From: an uncultured Bacilli bacterium
GTDB lineage: Bacteria; Bacillota_I; Bacilli_A; RF39; UBA660
Reading direction: 5' to 3'
Length of the DNA: 57,063 nucleotides
NCBI GenBank assembly: GCA_947623665.1
Contig: CANQHJ010000001.1
Span: 1-57,063 of the forward strand
This document shows, piece after piece, positions 50,872 through 57,063 of this stretch (the first letter of the stretch is position 1; the number at the start of each line of letters is the position of its first letter). A program made the translations under genes and the position numbers. Under the pieces are notes generated by a model. The model was not told where the DNA came from. It worked only from the letters and a program-made list of their open reading frames with translations, and searched no databases.

Positions 50872-53172
50872 ATGTTTTCAAAGTTTAATGAAGAAGCTCA
50901 AAAAGTATTACATGATTCAAAAAAAGAAATGCAAAAGTTAAAACATCCATATGTAGGAAGTGAACACTTATTATTATCTATATTACACAATCAAGAATTA
51001 TATATTACTAAAAAATTAAATAGGTTAGGAATAAGTTATAAAAGTTTTTATCAAGAAATAATAAGTGTAATAGGCAAAGGAAATGAAAGTAATAATTGGT
51101 TTTTATATACCCCTTTATTAAAAAGAGTAATTGAATCTGCTATTTTAGATAGTAAAGAAAATGAAGATGAAGAAGTAACAGTAGAAAATCTTTTTCTTGC
51201 TCTTTTAGAGGAAGGAGAAGGAGTTGCAATTAGAATTTTAATTGGGATGAATATAGATATAGATGAATTATATGATGAATTTATAGATAAATTAAATCCA
51301 AAGAAAAATGATTCAAAAACAAAGTTAATGATAGAAGAATATGCAATAGACTTTAATAAAAGAGCTAAATTAAAAGAAATAGATCCAGTAGTAGGTTGTG
51401 ATGATGAAATTCAAAGATTAATAGAAATATTATCTAGAAGAACAAAAAATAATCCATTATTAATTGGGGAAGCTGGAGTAGGAAAAACAGCTTTAGTAGA
51501 AGAATTGGCCAGAAGAATAGAAGAAGGAAAAGTCCCAGATAGTTTAAAAAACAAAAAAATATTTTCTATGGCTATGTCATCTTTAATAGCAGGAACAAAA
51601 TATCGTGGAGAATTTGAAGAAAGAATTAATAAAGTAATAGAAGAATTAGAGGAAAATTCAGATGTAATAGTATTCATTGATGAAATTCATACTATGGTAG
51701 GAGCAGGAGGAGCAGAAGGTGCAATAGATGCATCAAATATTTTAAAGCCCGCCTTAGCACGAGGTAAAATAAAAATAATTGGAGCTACTACAACAAATGA
51801 ATATAAAGAATTTATAGAAAAAGATAAAGCATTAGATAGAAGATTTCAAAAACTAGAAATTACTGAACCAAACTCAAAAAAAGTAAAAGAAATTTTATTA
51901 CAATTAAAACCATTATATGAAAGTTTTCATGGAACAATATTAGATGAGGAAATAATAGATTTAATTATAAAATTAAGTAATAAATATATTTATAATAGAA
52001 AACAACCAGATAAAGCAATAGATATACTAGATGAAGTATGTGCTAAAGCATCACTTGCATTAAACAAAGATGAACAAAAACAAATATGTTTAAGAACAGA
52101 ATTAAAAAAACTAAAAAAATTAAAGACTCAAGCAGTATTAGAACAAGACTATGAACAAGCCTCTATATATAAAAAAGAAGAACAAATTTTAGAAGATAAA
52201 TCAAATAAATTAGAATTAAAAATATCAAAAAAAAATAAGCCAAAAAAAATAACAAAAGAATTAGTAAAAGAAGTAATTTCTATAAAAAGTAAAATTCCAA
52301 TATACGAAGCAGAAGATATGACTAAAGTAGTAAAAGAATTAAAAGCAAGTCTTTTAAAAAAAATAGCTGGACAAAACGATATAATCGAAAATCTATGTGA
52401 ATTTACTATGAAATTAAAATGTAATTTTTTAAAACAAAAACCTTACTCATTTCTATTAATCGGACCAACAGGTGTTGGAAAAACTTATTTAGTAAAAGAA
52501 TATGCAAAGACACTTTATAACAAAAGTTCATTCATTAGATTAGATATGAGTGAATATAAAGAGTCTCACAGTATTAGTAAAATAATAGGTTCACCACCAG
52601 GGTATATAGGATATGATGATAACAACAATTTTTTAGAATTAGTAAAAAATAATCCTTATTCTATAATACTTCTAGATGAAATAGAAAAATCTCATCCTAA
52701 TGTTATAAAATTATTTTTACAGATTTTAGATGAAGGAAAAATTAAAAATTCTAAAGGAGAAGAAATAAATTTTGATAACACATTAATTTTTATGACATCA
52801 AATTTAGGATATGAAAATTCAAAATTAGGGTTCAACCAAAATAGAAAAGAAATATCAAAAGAAATGAAAGACTTTTTTAGTATAGAATTTTTAAATAGAA
52901 TAGATAAAATATATTATTTCCACAAATTATGTGGAAAAGATATAAGAAAAATAATAAGTTATCAACTAAAATTGTTGAAAACTTCTTTTAAAGACCGAAT
53001 AAAGTTTAATTATTCACAGGATATTGTGGAAGAAATTACATCATCTTGTAATTATCAAGATTATGGAGCAAGAAAAATAAGTAAGATTATTAATGAAGAA
53101 GTAATGTCAAAAATCACATCACAACTTATGGATAACAAAAAAGAAATAGAACTCAAAACCTTAAAAATATAG
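50872..53172 (+). CDS. clpC: ATP-dependent Clp protease ATP-binding subunit ClpC-like (class I AAA+)
   Basis: Clp_N repeats, two AAA modules (GEAGVGKTALVEEL; GPTGVGKTYLVKE), a UVR-like linker (LEQDYEQASIYKKEE) and an LGF ClpP-docking tripeptide. Confidence 0.88.
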   Translation: MFSKFNEEAQKVLHDSKKEMQKLKHPYVGSEHLLLSILHNQELYITKKLNRLGISYKSFYQEIISVIGKGNESNNWFLYTPLLKRVIESAILDSKENEDEEVTVENLFLALLEEGEGVAIRILIGMNIDIDELYDEFIDKLNPKKNDSKTKLMIEEYAIDFNKRAKLKEIDPVVGCDDEIQRLIEILSRRTKNNPLLIGEAGVGKTALVEELARRIEEGKVPDSLKNKKIFSMAMSSLIAGTKYRGEFEERINKVIEELEENSDVIVFIDEIHTMVGAGGAEGAIDASNILKPALARGKIKIIGATTTNEYKEFIEKDKALDRRFQKLEITEPNSKKVKEILLQLKPLYESFHGTILDEEIIDLIIKLSNKYIYNRKQPDKAIDILDEVCAKASLALNKDEQKQICLRTELKKLKKLKTQAVLEQDYEQASIYKKEEQILEDKSNKLELKISKKNKPKKITKELVKEVISIKSKIPIYEAEDMTKVVKELKASLLKKIAGQNDIIENLCEFTMKLKCNFLKQKPYSFLLIGPTGVGKTYLVKEYAKTLYNKSSFIRLDMSEYKESHSISKIIGSPPGYIGYDDNNNFLELVKNNPYSIILLDEIEKSHPNVIKLFLQILDEGKIKNSKGEEINFDNTLIFMTSNLGYENSKLGFNQNRKEISKEMKDFFSIEFLNRIDKIYYFHKLCGKDIRKIISYQLKLLKTSFKDRIKFNYSQDIVEEITSSCNYQDYGARKISKIINEEVMSKITSQLMDNKKEIELKTLKI

Positions 53173-53181
53173 TAATAAACT

Positions 53182-53209
53182 TTGAAAATAAACAGCTACG
53201 TGATATAAT
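53182..53209 (+). promoter_or_regulatory. Sigma-A promoter of cysS (TTGAAA, 16 nt, TGaTATAAT)
   Basis: -35 box at 53182-53187 and extended -10 box TGATATAAT ending at 53209. Confidence 0.5.
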
Positions 53210-53233
53210 TGCTATAGAAAAGTGAGTGATATT

Positions 53234-54631
53234 ATGAACATTTACAACACATTAACAAAAAAAGTAGAAAAGTTAATTCCAAATGAAGAAGGAAAAATAA
53301 AAATGTATACATGTGGACCTACTGTCTACAATTATGTACATATAGGTAATTTAAGAACATATATATTTGAAGATATCTTACAAAAAGGTCTTGAATATAT
53401 TGGATATGATGTAAAAAGAGTCATGAACATAACAGATGTAGGTCATCTTACAAGTGATGCTGATTACGGAGAAGATAAGATGGCAAAAGGTGCAAAAAGA
53501 GAAGGAAAAACAGTATATGAAATAGCAGACTTTTATACAAAAGCTTTCTTTGAAGATATGAAAAGTCTTAACATAAAAAAGCCGTCAATAATAGAAAAAG
53601 CAAGTGATCATATAGATATGTATATAAAGATGATAGAAAAGATGCTACAAGATGGATATGCATATGTATCAAATGGAAATGTTTATTTTGATGTAACAAA
53701 AGCTAAAAATTATTATGAATTGTCAGGAAGAAATCCAGAAGAAATGAAAGTTGCTGTAAGAGATGATGTAGAAGAAGATACAAATAAAAAAAATCCAGGA
53801 GATTTTGGTTTATGGTTTACTCTATCAAAATTTCAGAATCAAGCTATGAAATGGGATTCTCCTTGGGGAATAGGATATCCAGGATGGCATATAGAATGTT
53901 CAGGACTTGCATGTCTTTATTTAGGAGATAAATTAGATATTCATTGTGGAGGAGTAGATAATATTTTTCCACATCACACAAACGAAATAGCACAAAGTGA
54001 AGCTTATCTAGGACATAAATGGTGTAATTACTGGTGTCATGGGGAATTTTTAAACGATAAACAAGGAAAAATGAGTAAATCAAAAGGTGGAATTTTAACT
54101 ATAAATAGATTACAAGAAGAAGGTTATAGCCCTTTAGTGTATCGTTATTTCTGTTTAGGAAGTCATTATAGAAAACCATTAGTATTTACTTATGATTCTT
54201 TAGATATTGCTAAAAATGCTTATCAAAAACTATTACAAAAAACATCAAAACTACAAGAAGAAGGTCAACTAGATAGTCAAAGTATCGAAACATATAATGA
54301 GAAGTTTAAAAAAGCAATAGAAGATGATTTAAATACTTCTATGATGTTAACAATTATTTATGAAGTATTAAATGATAAAAGTCTAAATGATAAAACTAAA
54401 AAAGAATTAGTAAAAAAATTTGATAAAGTCCTATCGTTAGATTTATTAAAAGAAAAGACAAAGGGAATAGAAAAAGAAAAATTAGAATATATAAACAAAA
54501 AAATAGAAGAAAGAAAAAAAGCAAAACAAAATAAAGACTATGCCCTTGCAGATAAAATAAGAGAAGAATTATTAAAAGAAAATATAAAATTAAATGATAC
54601 AAGAGAAGGAACTACATTTGAACTTATATAG
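53234..54631 (+). CDS. cysS: Cysteine--tRNA ligase
   Basis: MYTCGPTVYNYVHIGN (HIGH region) and KMSKSKG (KMSKS). ATG at 53234; the track ORF starts at a GTG at 53222. Confidence 0.96.
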   Translation: MNIYNTLTKKVEKLIPNEEGKIKMYTCGPTVYNYVHIGNLRTYIFEDILQKGLEYIGYDVKRVMNITDVGHLTSDADYGEDKMAKGAKREGKTVYEIADFYTKAFFEDMKSLNIKKPSIIEKASDHIDMYIKMIEKMLQDGYAYVSNGNVYFDVTKAKNYYELSGRNPEEMKVAVRDDVEEDTNKKNPGDFGLWFTLSKFQNQAMKWDSPWGIGYPGWHIECSGLACLYLGDKLDIHCGGVDNIFPHHTNEIAQSEAYLGHKWCNYWCHGEFLNDKQGKMSKSKGGILTINRLQEEGYSPLVYRYFCLGSHYRKPLVFTYDSLDIAKNAYQKLLQKTSKLQEEGQLDSQSIETYNEKFKKAIEDDLNTSMMLTIIYEVLNDKSLNDKTKKELVKKFDKVLSLDLLKEKTKGIEKEKLEYINKKIEERKKAKQNKDYALADKIREELLKENIKLNDTREGTTFELI

Positions 54632-54679
54632 TTTCTTCTTTTGTTTTTTTAGTGTATAATGTACTCGGAAGTGATTTAA

Positions 54680-55063
54680 ATGAATACAAATGAAATAAAT
54701 ATTTTAGTTCTAGCATACTTAGGAGATACAATATATGAAAATTATATAAGAAGATATTTAATAGAGAAAAATATTGCTAATGTAGATTCTCTACAAAAAG
54801 AAGCAATTTCCTATGTAAGTGCAAAAAGTCAAGCAAAATTTTTAACTGAACTACTAGATAAAGAATTATTAACAGAAGAAGAAATCACAATAATAAAAAG
54901 AGCCAGAAACTATAAAACAAAATCTCATCCAAGAAATTGTGATATTATAACTTATAAATATGCAACAGGACTAGAAGCATTAATTGGATATTTAGAATTA
55001 GAAAATAAAAAAGAAAGAATAGATGAAATAATGAATTATATTATAGGAGGTAAAAAATGTTAG
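54680..55063 (+). CDS. mrnC: Mini-ribonuclease III (MrnC/YazC)
   Basis: LAYLGDTIYE (RNase III signature). The 127-aa length and the position after cysS match B. subtilis. Confidence 0.9.
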   Translation: MNTNEINILVLAYLGDTIYENYIRRYLIEKNIANVDSLQKEAISYVSAKSQAKFLTELLDKELLTEEEITIIKRARNYKTKSHPRNCDIITYKYATGLEALIGYLELENKKERIDEIMNYIIGGKKC

Positions 55064-55755
55064 TCTATGGTAAAAATGTAACTTATGAAATATTCAAAAA
55101 AAATTTAAAAATAAGAAAAATATATTTACAAGATAATTTTAATGACAAAAATATAATTTCCTTAATAGAAAACAAAAAAATCAATGCAAAAATCATGTCA
55201 AAACATCAAATGGACGATTTGATTGATGGGCTTCATCAAGGTATAATACTAGATATTGAGAACTACAAGTATTTAGAGTTAGCAGACATTTTAAAAGATG
55301 ATGAAATAACTTCAATTGTTATGCTAGATCATATAGAAGACCCTCATAATTTTGGAGCAATTATTAGAACATGTGAAGCAGCAGGAATAGATGCTATAAT
55401 AATTCCAAATAATAGACAAGTACTAGTTAACTCAACAGTCATTAAAACAAGTGTTGGCACAGTATTTAATACTAAAATTATAACAGTTTCCAATTTGGCT
55501 AATACAATAGATAAATTAAAAGAAAACAATTACTGGATAATTGGTACAGATATGGATGGAACAAATTATAAAAATATAAACTATGATGGAAAAACAGTTT
55601 TAATAATAGGAAATGAAGGCAAAGGAATGAGCAAATTAATTAGAAAAAAATGTGATTTTATTGCAGAAATTCCAATGTTTGGACAAGTAAACAGTTTAAA
55701 TGCCTCAGTTGCCGCAGGAATAATGATATATGAAGTAGTTTCCAATAGAAAGTAG
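55057..55755 (+). CDS. rlmB: 23S rRNA (guanosine-2'-O)-methyltransferase, SpoU/TrmH family (RlmB/YacO)
   Basis: SpoU motifs DHIEDPHNFGAIIRTCEAAG, LIIGNEGKGMS and IPMFGQVNSLNASVAAGI. Confidence 0.9.
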   Translation: MLVYGKNVTYEIFKKNLKIRKIYLQDNFNDKNIISLIENKKINAKIMSKHQMDDLIDGLHQGIILDIENYKYLELADILKDDEITSIVMLDHIEDPHNFGAIIRTCEAAGIDAIIIPNNRQVLVNSTVIKTSVGTVFNTKIITVSNLANTIDKLKENNYWIIGTDMDGTNYKNINYDGKTVLIIGNEGKGMSKLIRKKCDFIAEIPMFGQVNSLNASVAAGIMIYEVVSNRK

Positions 55756-55761
55756 GTAGAT

Positions 55762-56391
55762 ATGGATTATTATAAACAACTTAATGATTATGAACTATTG
55801 GATTTAATTTTAGAAAACAATGAACAAGCAAAAGAATTATTAATAAAAAAATATATACCAATTGTAAAATATATTGCTAAAAATCATTATAAAAAGAATC
55901 AAAATCAAGGACTAGAATTAGAAGATTTAATTCAAGAAGGAATATATGCAATATTTAAAGCAATAGAAACATATAAGGTAAATAAAAATATTAAATTCTG
56001 TACATATGTAACAGCTTGCATTACTAGAAATATTCAAGTCTATTGTCAAAAAAGTAGAAATAAATGCTATAAGATTTTAAATAATGCATTCTCATATGAA
56101 GTTTGTGAACCAAATACAAAAAAAGAATATATGAATATAATTCCAAATGAACAAGCAGAAGAGCCATTATCTATAGTATTAAATAAAAATTTTTATTATG
56201 AGTTAAATAAATTGAAATTAGATTTAGATTTAGAATTAGGAGAAATATTTGAATTACGTTGTAATGGGTTTACTTATAAAGAAATATCCATATTATTAGA
56301 TATCCCTATACACCGTGTTGCAAGAAGTATTAGACAAATAAAAATTGAAATGCAAAAACGGCACCTAGATCAATTTTTAATTAATAATTGA
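55762..56391 (+). CDS. sigH: Sigma-70 family factor, SigH-like by position
   Basis: Region 2 (LEDLIQEGIYAIFKAIETYK) and region 4 HTH (GFTYKEISILLDIPIHRVARSIRQIK). The cysS-mrnC-rlmB-sigH order matches B. subtilis. Confidence 0.65.
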   Translation: MDYYKQLNDYELLDLILENNEQAKELLIKKYIPIVKYIAKNHYKKNQNQGLELEDLIQEGIYAIFKAIETYKVNKNIKFCTYVTACITRNIQVYCQKSRNKCYKILNNAFSYEVCEPNTKKEYMNIIPNEQAEEPLSIVLNKNFYYELNKLKLDLDLELGEIFELRCNGFTYKEISILLDIPIHRVARSIRQIKIEMQKRHLDQFLINN

Positions 56392-56440
56392 AAATTTGTA
56401 AGTTTTATTATATTATATATATATAAGATAGGTGATGCAT

Positions 56441-57001
56441 ATGTATAATAAAAGTGATCCTTATAATTTAAATAAATTATTAACTGCTATATTTAAATAT
56501 CATAATGTAAATAATGTTGTTGGAGATTTAAGACCAAGCAATATTATGACTACTCCAATAGGAGAAATAGATTTTCGTAATATAAATCAAAAAGAATTAC
56601 CAAATCTATTAGAAGAAAAACAAAAAGATCTTTTAAAATTTTTTCTTTTAGCAAAGATTTATTATCTAAAAGAACCTATGACAAAAACAAATTTAGAAAT
56701 GTTAGGACCTAATTCAAAAATAACAGATGAAGATATAGCAAAAGAATTTAAAGGAAAAGCAGAATTATATCAAGAAATAAAATATGTATCTGGGTATTAT
56801 AATGATAGCAATGAAAAAAAAGGATCAACTAACAAGCAAGGAGGAAAGATATATACAAAGAACAATGGTCATCCAATTGAAGTGGAAACAAATAAGCCTA
56901 ATGCATTTATCAGTTTATTCCTATTTCCATTTGTAACACTTTATTTATTTTTTATTCTAGCACTTCTATACTGGATGATAGTTATAGTTAGTGTAGAATA
57001 A
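56441..57001 (+). CDS. Hypothetical C-terminally membrane-anchored protein with a kinase catalytic-loop-like remnant
   Basis: AGGTGA RBS before the ATG at 56441. VVGDLRPSNIM...GEIDFRN resembles HGDLxPxNI...IDF of the protein-kinase/APH fold. C-terminal TM FISLFLFPFVTLYLFFILALLYWMIVIV. Confidence 0.5.
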   Translation: MYNKSDPYNLNKLLTAIFKYHNVNNVVGDLRPSNIMTTPIGEIDFRNINQKELPNLLEEKQKDLLKFFLLAKIYYLKEPMTKTNLEMLGPNSKITDEDIAKEFKGKAELYQEIKYVSGYYNDSNEKKGSTNKQGGKIYTKNNGHPIEVETNKPNAFISLFLFPFVTLYLFFILALLYWMIVIVSVE

Positions 57002-57063
57002 GTGTGGAGATTTAACTCCTAAAAAATAAGATTTATAATTTAATTAAATTTTATTATGTAAAG

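Noticed and set aside
53173-53233. T-box or other riboswitch leaders upstream of the aminoacyl-tRNA synthetase genes cysS and lysS
   Set aside because: The cysS upstream region is only ~60 nt and is taken up by a promoter. lysS overlaps the preceding RDD gene. There is no room for a ~200-nt T-box.

Overview
This AT-rich window covers the chromosomal replication origin of a spore-forming, low-GC Firmicute. The origin is bipartite: DnaA-box clusters flank dnaA at 33242-33390 and 34768-35029. Every gene left of it is on the minus strand and every gene right of it is on the plus strand, so all are co-directional with replication.

Left arm, in transcription order: dnaA, dnaN, comK, recF, gyrB, gyrA, two parS sites plus a Noc-binding site, a small SRP RNA, tadA, dnaX, ybaB, recR, bofA, holB, ricT, yabB, rsmI, pth, mfd, spoVT, tatD, a four-gene SipW-type signal-peptidase cassette, rsmA, yabG, veg, spoVG, noc, parA, parB, mscS, a DUF951 gene, an AbgT-family transporter and ychF.

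Right arm: rpmH, rnpA, yidC, jag, mnmE, mnmG, rsmG, yabP, yabQ, divIC, tilS, ftsH, mscL, dusB, an RDD-family gene, lysS, a YfcC-like transporter, clpC, cysS, mrnC, rlmB, sigH and an orphan membrane protein.

I saw no rRNA or tRNA genes, CRISPR arrays or mobile elements. rpmH, the SRP RNA and a 59-aa membrane ORF are missing from the ORF track, which appears to omit ORFs under 60 aa.

The most interesting observations are:
- a perfect Noc-binding palindrome 3 bp from a pair of parS sites
- a Noc paralogue carrying a ~275-aa acidic, Phe-rich disordered insert
- the uncharacterised SipW-like cassette
- comK sitting inside the dnaN-recF core cluster
- a T-rich DnaA-box variant (TTTTCCACA) that also clusters inside dnaX, gyrA and gyrB

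All calls rest on reading the sequence and on recalled family knowledge. No searches were run.
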